64,000 bases of DNA from the human T2T-CHM13v2.0 reference genome, Homo sapiens. The position numbers and the translations under genes are program-made. The DNA lies in the NCBI RefSeq assembly GCF_009914755.1, contig NC_060940.1, one strand, 5' to 3'. Below, one piece after another: positions 15,301 to 30,500 of the stretch. The number at the start of each line of letters is the position of its first letter. Positions within the stretch are counted from its first letter, which is position 1. Under the pieces are notes generated by a model. That model was not told the DNA's origin. It worked only from the letters and a program-made list of their open reading frames with translations, and searched no databases.

Positions 15301-18300
15301 TTCGATTGTTGCATTCGATTCCCTTCGATGATGATTCCTTTGAATTCCATTCGATTATCATTCCGTATGAATCCATTTGATGATTATTCCATTGGATTCC
15401 TTTCGATGATGATTCCATTCGAGTCCATTCGATGATTCTATTCGAATCCATTTGATGATTTCTTTTGATTATAGTTGTTGATGATTCCTTTGGAGTCCAT
15501 TCCATGATTCCATTCGATTCCAATCGATGATGATTCCATTAGTGTCCATTTAATGATTCCATTTGATTCCAGTCTCTGATGATTACATTCGAGTCCATAC
15601 GATGATTCCACTCAATTCCATATGATGATGATTCCATTCGATTCCATTCGATGATTCCATTCTATTCTATTCAATGGTGATTCCATTCGAGTACATTAGA
15701 TGATTCCATTCGATTCCATTCAATGATGATTCTATTTGTGTCCCTTACATGGTTCCACATGATTCCATTAGATGATGATACTATTTGAGCCCATCCAATG
15801 ATTCCCTTCGATTCCATTCGATGAGGATTCCATTCGATTCAATTCATTGGTGATTCTATTCAATTCAATTCTTTGATTCCATTCCATTCCATTCGACAAT
15901 GATTCCATTCGATTTCTTTCGATGATTCCACTCGATTCCACTTGACATTGATTCCATTCGATTCCATTCAATGATTCCGTTTGATTCCAGTGGATGATGA
16001 TTGCCATCGATTCCATTCGATCACTCCATTCTATTCCATTTGATGATGATTACATTCGATTCCATTTGATGATTCCATCTGATTCTATTCGAGGATTCCA
16101 TTTGATTCCATTCGATGATGATTCCATTTGAGTCCATTCGATGATTTCATTCGAGTACATCCAATGATTCCATTCGAGTCCATTTGATGATTCCATTTGA
16201 TTCCATTTGATTATGATTCTACTAGAGTCCATTCAATGACTCCATTCGAATCCATTCAACAATTCCATTCGAGTCCATTCGAAGATTCCATTTCATGATT
16301 CCATTCGAGTCCACTTAATCATTACAGTCGAGTCCGTTTGGTGATTCCACTGGATTTCTTTTGATAATGATACCATTCCATTACATTTGATGATGATCCC
16401 ATTCAATTTCATTTGATGATGATTCCATTAGAGTCCATTCAATGATTTCATTCGAGTCCCTTCATTGATTCCATACGATTTCATTGGATGATGACTCCAT
16501 TCGAGTCCATTCGATGATTCCACTCGATTCCATTAGATGATTCCATTGGAGTCCATTTGATTGTTCCATTCGATTCCATTCAATTCCTTTCGAAGATTAT
16601 TCCATTTGAGTCCATTCGACGATGATTCCATTCCATTCCATTCGATGATTCCGTTTGATTCCATTCGATGATTCCCTTTGATTCCTTTCTATGATGATTC
16701 CATTCCATTCCATTCAATGATTCCATTCGAATCTATTCCATGATGATTCCTTTCGATTCCATTCGCTGATGTTTCCGTTCAATTCCATTCGATGATGATT
16801 CCATTCGATTCCATTCATTGAGGATTCCATTGGATTCCATTCAATGATGATTCCATTCTATTCCATTCAATGATTGCATTCAATTCCATTCAATGATTAT
16901 CCCCTTAGAGTAAACTCAACGATTCCATTCAATACCATTCGATGATGATTCCTTTTGAGTCCATTCAATGATTTCATTCAAGTCCATTTGATGATTCCTT
17001 TCAATTCCATTCTATGATGATTCCATTCGAGTCCATTCGATGATTCCATTCGATTGCATTCGATGATTCCCTTATATTCCATTCAACGATGATTCCATTC
17101 GAGTCCATTCGATGATTCCATTAGAGTACATTTAATGATTGCTTTGTTTTCAATTCGAAGATGATTACATTGGATTCCATTCTTTGATACCATTCGATTC
17201 CATTCAATGATGATTCCACTCAAATCCATTGGATGATTCCATTCGTGTCCATTCGGTGATTTCATTAGATTCTATTCGAGGATGATTCCATTCGATGATT
17301 CCATTCAATTCCATTCGATGATGATTCCATTCCAGTCCATATGATCATTCCATTTGATTTCATTCGATGATGATTCCATTCGATTCCATTCGACGATTCC
17401 ATTCTATTCCATTCGAGGATGATTCCATTCGAGTCCATTCGATCATTCCATTCGAGTCCATTTAATGATTCCATTGGGTTCAATTTAATGATGATTACAT
17501 TGGATTCCGTTCTATGATTCCATTCAATTCCGTTCATTGACAATTTGATTCCATTCGATGATGATTCCATTTGAGTTCATTCGATGATTCTATTCGATTC
17601 TCTTCGATGGTGATTCAATTCTATTATATTGGATGATTCCATTCGATTCCATTTGATGTTGATTCAATTCGATTCTATTCGATGATGATTCCATTGGATT
17701 TCACTTGATGATTCTATTCGATTCCATTCAATGATGATTCACTTCTCGTCCATTGGATGATTCCATTTCATTCCATTCGATGATGATTCCATTCGATTCC
17801 ATTCGATGATTCCATTTGATTCCATGCGACGGTGAGCAATTCGATTCAATTCCATGATGATTCTATTTGATTCAATTAGATGATGTTTCCATTCGAATCC
17901 ATTCCATGATTATTCCATTGGAATCCATTCGGCGATGATTCCATATGAGTCAATTCAATGATGATTCCTTATGGGTCCGTTCGATGATAATTCCATTTGA
18001 TTTCATTCGATGCTTCTATTCTATTCCAGTCGATGATGATTCCGTTGGAGTCCATACGATGATTCCATTTGATTTCATTTCATGATGATTCCATTCGATG
18101 ACGATTACATTGGATTCCATTCTATGATTCCATTCAATTCCATTCGTTGATGATTCGATTCCATTCAATGATGATTCCATTTGAGTTCATTCGATGATTC
18201 TATTCGATTCCATTCTATGGTGATTCAATTCCCTTATATTGGATGATTCGACTCGATTCCATTGGATGATTATTCCATTGGAGTCCACTTAGTGAATCCT

Positions 18301-18376
18301 TTAGATTCTACTCGACGATGATTCCATTCGAGTCCATTCGATGATACCATTCAATTCCATTCGCTGATGCTTCCAT
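12357..18376 (+). repeat. HOR unit 3, 6020 bp, variant carrying ~0.9 kb of non-canonical HSat2 sequence
   Basis: Spacing 6020. Visible changes: +16 (~13230), +3 (~13850), replacement at ~14521-15401 (net -91), -10 (~16285), -10 (~17285); these sum to -92. Confidence 0.9.
14521..15401 (+). repeat. Non-canonical HSat2 segment, short copy
   Basis: Begins gagtctatttatgtattatattcgtgtccacttc and contains cttgcaatgattccctacg, gagtccaaacgatc and tccggtcg, which I do not see in canonical units. Matches about 47979-48860. Confidence 0.9.
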
Positions 18377-21300
18377 TCAAGTGCATTCGATGATATCATT
18401 TGATTCCATTTGATGATAATTCCATTTGATTCCATGCGATGATTCTATTCGATTCCATTCAATGATAATTCCATTCATTTCAGTGATTCCTCTGGACTCC
18501 ATTTGATGATGATTCCATTCAATGATTCCATTCGATTCTATTCGAAAATGATTCCATTTGAATCCATTTGATGATGATTCCATTAGATTCCATTTGATGA
18601 TTCCATTCGATTCCATTTGACGATGATTCCATTCGATTCCGTTTGATGATTCCATTCTATTCTATTCGATGATGATTCCATTCGATTCCATTCGATGATG
18701 ATTGGATTCGATTCCATTTGATGATTTCATTTGATTCCATTCGTTAATGATTTCGATCAATTCCATTCGATGATTCCATTCGATTCCATTCGATAATGAT
18801 TACATCCGATTCCATTCGATGATTCCATTTGAGCCTGTTCGATAATTCCATTTGAGTCCAACCAATGATTCCATTCATTTCCATTCAATGATTCCATTCG
18901 AGTCCATTTGATCATTCCGGTAGGGTACATTCGATGTTGATTCCATTGGAGTGCATTCGATGATTCCATTCGAGTCCATTTTAGGATTTGATTCGAGTCC
19001 TTTCGATGATTCCATTCGATTCCACTCGATGATGATTTCATTCGAGTCCATTCGACACTTCCAATCGATTCCATTTGATGATTCCATTCGAGTCCAATTG
19101 ATGATTCCATTCAATTCCATTCGATGATGATTCCGTACGATTCCATTCTGTGATGATTCCATGTGATTGCATTCAATGATGATTCCTTTCGATTGCATTC
19201 GATTATGATTCATTTCGTGTTCATTCTATGGTTCCACAGGTTTCCATTTGTGTCCATTCCATTATTCCATTCTATTCCATTTGATGATGATTCCATTCGA
19301 TTCCATTCATTGGTGATTCCACTCAATTCCATTCAATGATTCCATTCCATTTCTTTCAACAATGATTCCATTAGTTTCTAATCGATGATCCACTTGATTC
19401 CATTTGACGACGATTCCATTCTTGTCCATTCGATGATTCCATTTGATTCCATATGATGATGATTCCATTCGATTCCATACCATGATGATTCCATTCGAGT
19501 CCATTCAATGGTGATTCCATTCAATTCCATTCGATGATTCCTTTTGATTCCATTCGATGATGATGGCATTCGATTCCTTTCAATCATTCCCTTTGATTCC
19601 ATTCAAAGGTGATTTCATTCAAGTCCATTCGATAATTGCATTCGATTCCATTCTATGATGATTCCATTCGAGTCCATTTGATGATTCCATTCAATTCAAG
19701 TCAATGATGATTCCATTCGATTCCAATCGATGATTCCATTGGATTCCATTCGATGATGATTCCACTTGATTGCATTTACGATGATTCCATTCGATTCCAT
19801 GTGATGATTCCATTCAATTCTATTCAATGATGTCTCCATTTGATTCCATTCGACCATGATTGCCTTTGATTCCATTCAATGATTCCATTCGGTTCCGTTT
19901 GATGATGATTCCGTTCGATTCCATTTGATGATTCCATTTGATTCCATTGGATGAGTCCATTCGATTACATTCGATGATTATTCCATTCGAGTGCATTAGA
20001 TGATTCCATTCGAGTCCATTCGATGATTCCATTCGGTTCCATTCGATGTTGATTCTGTTCAAATCCATTCGATGATTCCACTCGATTCCATTCGTTGACT
20101 CCATTTGATCCCATTCGATGATTTCCTTTGATTCCCTTTGATAATCATTCCATTTGATTCAATTCGGTGATTTCATTTGATTCCATTCAGTGATGTTTCC
20201 ATTCAACTCCATTCGATGATGATTCCATTCGACTCCATTCGATTATGATTTCATTCAATTCCATTCGATAATGATTCCCTTCGAGTCCATTCGATGATTC
20301 CATTAGATTCCATTCAACGATGATTTGATTCGTGTCCATTCGATGATTCCATTTGATTCCACTTGATGATGATTCCATTCGAGTCCATTTGATGATTCCA
20401 TTCAATTCCATACTCCGATGATTTCTTTTGAGCCCACTCAATGCTTCCACTCGATTCCATATGATGATGACTCCATTCGATGAAATTCGATGATGATTCC
20501 ATTCGCTTGCTTTCGATGATGATTCCACTTGAGTCCGTTAGAAGATTCTATTCAATTACATTCCATGACGATTCCGTTCGAGTCCATTTGATGATTCCAT
20601 TAGACTCCATTCGACGATGATTCCATTCGATGTTATTCGATGATTCCATTCGATCTCATTCGATGATGATTCCATTCAACTCCATTCGATGTTTCCATTC
20701 GAGTTCATTCTATTATTCCATTAGATTCCATTCGATGATGATTCCATTCGATTCCATTTGATGATTGCATTCTATTTCATTTGATGATGATTCCATTCGA
20801 GTCCATTTAATGAATCCATTGGTTTCAATTCTATGATGATTACATTGGATTCCATTCGTTGATGATTTCATTCGGTTCCATTCAATGATGATTCCATTCA
20901 ATTCCTTTCAATGTTTCCATTCAATTCCATACGATGATGATTCCATTTGATGTGATTCGACAGTGAGCCATTCGATTCAATTCCATGATGATTCAATTTG
21001 ATTCAATTGGTTGACATTTCCATTCGATTCCATTCGATGATTATTCCCATTGATTCCGTTCAAAAATGATTCCATTCTAGCCCATTCAATCATTCCATTC
21101 GATTCTATTCAATGATGATTCCATTCATGTCGATTTGGTGATTCCATTTGACTTCATTTGATGATGATTCCTTTCAAGTTCATTAGATGATTCCATTCGA
21201 TTCCATTTGATGATGATCCCATTCGAGTCCATTCAGTGATTCCATTCGTTTCCATTCCATGATGATTCCATTCCTTTCCATTCAATGATTCCATTCGATT

Positions 21301-24300
21301 CCGTTTGATGATGATTTCATTCGAGTCCATTTGATGATTCCATTTGATTCCATTCGATGATGATTCCATTCGAGTCCATTCGATGATTCTATTCGAATCC
21401 ATTTGATGATTTCTTTTGATTATATTTGGTGATGATTCCATTGGAGTCCATTCAATGATTCCATTCTATTCCAATCGATGATGATTCCATTAGAGTCCAT
21501 TTAATGATTCCATTTGATTCCAGTCTCTGATGATTACATTCGAGTCCATACGATGATTCCACTCAATTCCATATGATGATGATTCCATTTGATTCCATTC
21601 GGTGATTCCATTCTATTCTATTCAATGGTGATTCCATTCGAGTACATTAGATGATTCCATTCGATTCCATTCAATGATGATTCTATTTGTGTCCCTTAGA
21701 TGATTCCACATGATTCCATTAGATGATGATACTATTTGAGCCCATCCAATGATTCCCTTCGATTCCATTCGATGAGGATTCCATTCGATTCAATTCATTG
21801 GTGATTCTATTCAATTCAATTCTTTGATTCCATTCCATTCCATTCGACAATGATTCCATTCGATTTCTTTCGATGATTCCACTCGATTCCACTTGACATT
21901 GATTCCATTCGATTCCATTCAATGATTCCATTTGATTCCAGTGGATGATGATTGCCATCGATTCCATTCGATCACTCCATTCTATTCCATTTGATGATGA
22001 TTACATTCGATTCCATTTGATGATTCCATCTGATTCTATTCGAGGATTCCATTTGATTCCATTCGATGATGATTCCATTCGAGTCCATTCGATGATTTCA
22101 TTCGAGTACATCCAATGATTCCATTCGAGTCCATTAGATGATTCCATTTGATTCCATTTGAAAATGATTCTACTAGAGTCCATTCAATGACTCCATTCGA
22201 GTCCATTCAACAATTCCATTCGACTCCATTCGATGATTCCATTCGATTCCATTTGATGGTTCCATTCGAGTCCATTTAATCATTACAGTCGAGTCCATTT
22301 GGTGATTCCACTGGATTTCTTTTGATAATGATACCATTCAATTACATTTGATGATGATCCCATTCAATTTCATTTGATGATGATTCCATTAGAGTCCATT
22401 CGATGATTTCATTCGAGTCCCTTCATTGATTCCATCCGATTTCATTGGATGATGACTCCATTCGAGTCCATTCGATGATTCCACTCGATTCCATTAGATG
22501 ACTCCATTGGAGTCCATTTGATTGTTCCATTCGATTCCATTCGATTCCTTTCGAAGATTATTCCATTTGAGTCCATTCGATGATGATTCCATTCCATTCC
22601 ATTCGATGATTCCGTTTGATTCCATTCGATGATTCCCTTCGATTCCTTTCTTTGATGATTCCATTCCATTCCATTCAATGATTCCATTCGAATCTATTCC
22701 ATGATGATTCCTTTCGATTCCATTCGCTGATGTTTCCGTTCAATTCCATTCGATGATGATTCCATTCGATTCCATTCATTGAGGATTCCATTTGATTCCA
22801 TTCAATGATGATTCCATTCTATTCCATTCAATGATTGCATTCAATTCCATTCAATGATTATCCCATTAGAGTAAACTCAACGATTCCATTCAATACCATT
22901 CGATGATGATTCCTTTTGAGTCCATTCAATGATTTCATTCAAGTCCATTTGATGATTCCTTTCAATTCCATTCTATGATGATTCCATTCGAGTCCATTCG
23001 ATGATTCCATTCGATTGCATTCGATGATTCCATTATATTCCATTCAATGGTGATTCCATTCGAGTCCATTCGATGATTCCATTAGAGTACATTTAATGAT
23101 TGCTTTGTTTTCAATTCGAAGATGATTACATTGGATTCCACTCTATGATACCATTCGATTCCATTCAATGATGATTCCACTCAAATCCATTGGATGATTC
23201 CATTCGTGTCCATTCGGTGATTTCATTAGATTCCATTCGAGGATGATTCCATTCGATTCCATTCGATGATTCCATTCAATTCCATTCGATGATGATTCCA
23301 TTCCAGTCCATATGATCATTCCATTTGATTTCATTCGATGATGATTCCATTCGATTCCATTCGATGATTCCATTCTATTCCATTCGATGATGATTCCATT
23401 CGAGTCCATTCGATGATTCCATTCGAGTCCATTTAATGATTCCATTGGGTTCAATTCAATGATGATTACATTGGATTCCGTTCTATGATTCCATTCAATT
23501 CCGTTCATTGACAATTTGATTCCATTCGATGATGATTCCATTTGAGTTCATTCGATGATTCTATTCGATTCCCTTCGATGGTGATTCAATTCTATTATAT
23601 TGGATGATTCCATTCGATTCCATTTGATGTTGATTCAATTCGATTCTATTCGATGATGATTCCATTGGATTTCACTTGATGATTCTATTCGATTCCATTC
23701 AATGATGATTCACTTCTCGTCCATTGGATGATTCCATTTCATTCCATTCGATGATGATTCCATTCGATTCCATTCGATGATTCCATTTGATTCCATGCGA
23801 CGGTGAGCAATTCGATTCAATTCCATGATGATTCTATTTGATTCAATTAGATGATGTTTCCATTCGAATCCATTCCATGATTATTCCATTGGAATCCAAT
23901 CGGCGATGATTCCATATGAGTCAATTCAATGATGATTCCATATGGGTCCGTTCGATGATAATTCCATTTGATTTCATTCGATGCTTCTATTCTATTCCAG
24001 TCGATGATGATTCCGTTGGAGTCCATACGATGATTCCATTTGATTTCATTTGATGATGATTCCATTCGATGAGGATTACATTGGATTCCATTCTATGATT
24101 CCATTCAATTCCATTCGTTGATGATTCGATTCCATTCAATGATGATTCCATTTGAGTTCATTCGATGATTCTATTCGATTCCGTTCGATGGTGATTCAAT
24201 TCTATTATATTGGATGATTCCACTCGATTCCATTTGATGATTATTCCATTGGAGTCCACTTAGTGAATCCTTTAGATTCTACTCGACGATGATTCCATTC

Positions 24301-24347
24301 GAGTCCATTCGATGATACCATTCAATTCCATTCGTTGATGCTTCCAT
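18377..24347 (+). repeat. HOR unit 4, 5971 bp (118-bp and 23-bp deletions)
   Basis: Spacing 5971 = 6112-118-23; deletions near 19755 and 20800. Confidence 0.92.
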
Positions 24348-27300
24348 TCAAGTGCATTCAATGATATCATTCGATTCCATTTGATGGTAATTCCATTTGA
24401 TTCCATGCGATGATTCTATTCGATTCCATTCAATGATAATTCCATTCAATTCAGTGATTCCTCTGGACTCCATTTGATGATGATTCCATTCAATGATTCC
24501 ATTCGATTCTATTCGAAAATGATTCCATTTGAATCCATTTGATGATGATTCCATTAGATTCCATTTGATGATTCCATTCGATTCCATTCGACGATGATTC
24601 CATTCGATTCCGTTTGATGATTCCATTCTATTCTATTCGATGATGATTCCATTCGATTCCATTCGATGATGATTGGATTCGATTCCATTGGATGATTTCA
24701 TTTGATTCCATTCGTTAATGATTTTGATCAATTCCATTCGATGATTCCATTCGATTCCATTTGATAATGATTACATCCGAGTCCATTCGGTGATTCCCTT
24801 TGAGCCTGTTCGATAATTCCATTTGAGTCCAACCAATGATTCCATTCATTTCCATTCAATGATTCCATTCGAGTCCATTTGATCATTCCGGTAGGGTCCA
24901 TTCGATGTTGATTCCATTGGAGTGCATTCGATGATTCCATTCGAGTCCATTTTAGGATTTGATTCGAGTCCTTTCGATGATTCCATTCGATTCCACTCGA
25001 TGATGATTTCATTCGAGTCCATTCGACACTTCCAATCGATTCCATTTGATGATTCCATTCGAGTCCAATTGATGATTCCATTCAATTCCATTCGATGATG
25101 ATTCCGTACGATTCCATTCTGTGATGATTCCATGTGATTGCATTCAATGATGATTCCTTTCGATTGCATTCGATTATGATTCATTTCGTGTTCATTCTAT
25201 GGTTCCACAGGTTTCCATTCGTGTCCATTCCATTATTCCATTCTATTCCATTTGATGATGATTCCATTCGATTCCATTCATTGGTGATTCCACTCAATTC
25301 CATTCAATGATTCCATTCCATTTCTTTCAACAATGATTCCATTAGTTTCTAATCGATGATCCACTTGATTCCATTTGACGACGATTCCATTCTTGTCCAT
25401 TCGATGATTCCATTTGATTCCATATGATGATGATTCCATTCGATTCCATACCATGATGATTCCATTCGAGTCCATTCAATGGTGATTCCATTCAATTCCA
25501 TTCGATGATTCCTTTTGATTCCATTCGATGATGATGGCATTCGATTCCTTTCAATCATTCCCTTTGATTCCATTCAAAGGTGATTTCATTCAAGTCCATT
25601 CGATAATTGCATTCGATTCCATTCTATGATGATTCCATTCGAGTCCATTTGATGATTCCATTCAATTCAAGTCAATGATGATTCCATTCGATTCCATTCG
25701 ATGATTCCACTCGATTCCATTAGATGATTCCATTGGAGTCCATTTGATTGTACCATTCGATTCCATTCGATTCCTTTCGAAGATTATTCCATTTGAGTCC
25801 ATTCGATGATGATCCCATTCCATTCCATTCGATGATTCCGTTTGATTCCATTCGATGATTCCCTTCGATTCCTTTCTGTGATGATTCCATTCCATTCCAT
25901 TCAATGATTCCATTCGAATCTATTCCATGATGATTCCTTTCGATTCCATTCGCTGATGTTTCCGTTCAATTCCATTCGATGATGATTCCATTCGATTCCA
26001 TTCATGGAGGATTCCATTTGATTCCATTCAATGATGATTCCATTCTATTCCATTCAATGATTGCATTCAATTCCATTCAATGATTATCCCCTTAGAGTAA
26101 ACTCAACGATTCCATTCAATACCATTCGATGATGATTCCTTTTGAGTCCATTCAATGATTTCATTCAAGTCCATTTGATGATTCCTTTCAATTCCATTCT
26201 ATGATGATTCCATTCGAGTCCATTCGATGATTCCATTCGATTGCATTCGATGATTCCATTATATTCCATTCAACGGTGATTCCATTCGAGTCCATTCCAT
26301 GATTCCATTAGAGTACATTTAATGATTGCTTTGTTTTCAATTCGAAGATGATTACATTGGATTCCATTCTATGATACCATTCGATTCCATTCAATGATGA
26401 TTCCACTCAAATCCATTGGATGATTCCATTCGTGTCCATTCGGTGATTTCATTAGATTCCATTCGAGGATGATTCCATTCGATTCCATTCGATGATTCCA
26501 TTCAATTCCATTCGATGATGATTCCATTCCAGTCCATATGATCATTCCATTTGATTTCATTCGATGATGATTCCATTCGATTCCATTCGATGATTCCATT
26601 CTATTCCATTCGATGATGATTCCATTCGAGTCCATTCGATGATTCCATTCGAGTCCATTTAATGATTCCATTGGGTTCAATTCAATGATGATTACATTGG
26701 ATTTCGTTCTATGATTCCATTCAATTCCGTTCATTGACAATTTGATTCCATTCGATGATGATTCCATTTGAGTTCATTCGATGATTCTATTCGATTCTCT
26801 TCGATGGTGATTCAATTCTATTATATTGGATGATTCCATTCGATTCCATTTGATGTTGATTCAATTCGATTCTATTCGATGATGATTCCATTGGATTTCA
26901 CTTGATGATTCTATTCGATTCCATTCAATGATGATTCACTTCTCGTCCATTGGATGATTCCATTTCATTCCATTCGATGATGATTCCATTCGATTCCATT
27001 CGATGATTCCATTTGATTCCATGCGACGGTGAGCAATTCGATTCAATTCCATGATGATTCTATTTGATTCAATTAGATGATGTTTCCATTCGAATCCATT
27101 CCATGATTATTCCATTGGAATCCATTCGGCGATGATTCCATATGAGTCAATTCAATGATGATTCCATATGGGTCCGTTCGATGATAATTCCATTTGATTT
27201 CATTCGATGCTTCTATTCTATTCCAGTCGATGATGATTCCGTTGGAGTCCATACGATGATTCCATTTGATTTCATTTGATGATGATTCCATTCGATGACG

Positions 27301-27573
27301 ATTACATTGGATTCCATTCTATGATTCCATTCAATTCCATTCGTTGATGATTCGATTCCATTCAATGATGATTCCATTTGAGTTCATTCGATGATTCTAT
27401 TCGATTCCGTTCGATGGTGATTCAATTCTATTATATTGGATGATTCCACTCGATTCCATTTGATGATTATTCCATTGGAGTCCACTTAGTGAATCCTTTA
27501 GATTCTACTCGACGATGATTCCATTCGAGTCCATTCGATGATACCATTCAATTCCATTCGTTGATGCTTCCAT
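24348..27573 (+). repeat. HOR unit 5, 3226-bp truncated unit (2886 bp missing)
   Basis: Spacing 3226; single junction at 25693-25709. Confidence 0.92.
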
Positions 27574-30500
27574 TCAAGTGCATTCGATGATATCATTCGA
27601 TTCCATTTGATGATAATTCCATTTGATTCCATGCGATGATTCTATTCGATTCCATTCAATGATAATTCCATTCAATTCAGTGATTCCTCTGGACTCCATT
27701 TGATGATGATTCCATTCAATGATTCCATTCGATTCTATTCGAAAATGATTCCATTTGAATCCATTTGATGATGATTCCATTGGATTCCATTTGATGATTC
27801 CATTCGATTCCATTCGACGATGATTCCATTCGATTCCATTGGATGATTCCATTCTATTCTATTCGATGATGATTCCATTCGATTCCATTCGATGATGATT
27901 GGATTCGATTCCATTTGATGATTTCATTTGATTCCATTCGTTAATGATTTCGATCAATTCCATTCAATGATTCCATTCGATTCCATTCGATAATGATTAC
28001 ATCCGAGTCCATTCGATGATTCCCTTTGAGCCTGTTCGATAATTCCATTTGAGTCCAACCAATGATTCCATTCATTTCCATTCAATGATTCCATTCGAGT
28101 CCATTTGATCATTCCGGTAGGGTCCATTCGATGTTGATTCCATTGGAGTGCATTCGATGATTCCATTCGAGTCCATTTTAGGATTTGATTCGAGTCCTTT
28201 CGATGATTCCATTCGATTCCACTCGATGATGATTTCATTCGAGTCCATTCGACACTTCCAATCGATTCCATTTGATGATTCCATTCGAGTCCAATTGATG
28301 ATTCCATTCAATTCCATTCGATGATGATTCCGTACGATTCCATTCTGTGATGATTCCATGTGATTGCATTCAATGATGATTCCTTTCGATTGCATTCGAT
28401 TATGATTCATTTCGTGTTCATTCTATGGTTCCACAGGTTTCCATTCGTGTCCATTCCATTATTCCATTCTATTCCATTTGATGATGATTCCATTCGATTC
28501 CATTCATTGGTGATTCCACTCAATTCCATTCAATGATTCCATTCCATTTCTTTCAACAATGATTCCATTAGTTTCTAATCGATGATCCACTTGATTCCAT
28601 TTGACGACGATTCCATTCTTGTCCATTCGATGATTCCATTTGATTCCATATGATGATGATTCCATTCGATTCCATACCATGATGATTCCATTCGAGTCCA
28701 TTCAATGGTGATTCCATTCAATTCCATTCGATGATTCCTTTTGATTCCATTCGATGATGATGGCATTCGATTCCTTTCAATCATTCCCTTTGATTCCATT
28801 CAAAGGTGATTTCATTCAAGTCCATTCGATAATTGCATTCGATTCCATTCTATGATGATTCCATTCGAGTCCATTTGATGATTCCATTCAATTCAAGTCA
28901 ATGATGATTCCATTCGATTCCATTCGATGATTCCATTGGATTCCATTCGATGATGATTCCATTCAAATCCATTCGATAATTCAATTCAAGTCCATTCGAT
29001 GATGATTCCAATCGAATCCATTCAAAGATTCCATTCAGTTCCATTCGATGATTCCCTTAGATTCCATTCGATGATTCCACTTGATTGCATTTACGATGAT
29101 TCCATTCGATTCCATGTGATGATTCCATTCAATTCTATTCAATGATGTCTCCATTTGATTCCATTCGACCATGATTGCCTTTGATTCCATTCAATGATTC
29201 CATTCGGTTCCGTTTGATGATGATTCCGTTCGATTCCATTTGATGATTCCATTTGATTCCATTGGATGAGTCCATTCGATTACATTCGATGATTATTCCA
29301 TTCGAGTGCATTAGATGATTCCATTCGAGTCCATTCGATGATTCCATTCGATTCCATTCGATGTTGATTCTGTTCAAATCCATTCGATGATTCCACTCGA
29401 TTCCATTCGTTGACTCCATTTGATCCCATTCGATGATTTCCTTTGATTCCCTTTGATGATCATTCCATTTGATTCAATTCGGTGATTTCATTTGATTCCA
29501 TTCAGTGATGTTTCCATTCGACTCCATTCGATGATGATTCCATTCGACTCCATTCGATTATGATTTCATTCAATTCCATTCGATAATGATTCCCTTCGAG
29601 TCCATTCGATGATTCCATTCGATTCCATTCAACGATGATTTGATTCGTGTCCATTCGATGATTCCATTTGATTCCACTTGATGATGATTCCATTCGAGTC
29701 CATTTGATGATTCCATTCAATTCCATACTCCGATGATTTCTTTTGAGCCCACTCAATGCTTCCACTCGATTCCATATGATGATGACTCCATTCGATGAAA
29801 TTCGATGATGATTCCATTCGCTTGCTTTCGATGATGATTCCACTTGAGTCCGTTAGAAGATTCTATTCAATTACATTCCATGACGATTCCGTTCGAGTCC
29901 ATTTGATGATTCCATTAGACTCCATTCGACGATGATTCCATTCGATGTTATTCGATGATTCCATTCGATCTCATTCGATGATGATTCCATTCAACTCCAT
30001 TCGATGTTTCCATTCGAGTTCATTCTATTATTCCATTAGATTCCATTCGATGATGATTCCATTCGATTCCATTTGATGATTGCATTCTATTTCATTTGAT
30101 GATGATTCCATTCGAGTCCACTCGATGATTCCATTCGAGTCCATTTAATGAATCCATTGGTTTCAATTCTATGATGATTACATTGGATTCCATTCGTTGA
30201 TGATTTCATTCGGTTCCATTCAATGATGATTCCATTCAATTCCTTTCAATGTTTCCATTCAATTCCATACGATGATGATTCCATTTGATTTGATTCGACA
30301 GTGAGCCATTCGATTCAATTCCATGACGATTCTATTTGATTCAATTGGTTGACATTTCCATTCGATTCCATTCGATGATGATTCCCTTTGATTCCGTTCA
30401 AAGATGATTCCATTCTAGCCCATTCAATCATTCCATTCGATTCTATTCAATGATGATTCCATTCATGTCGATTTGGTGATTCCATTTGACTTCATTTGAT

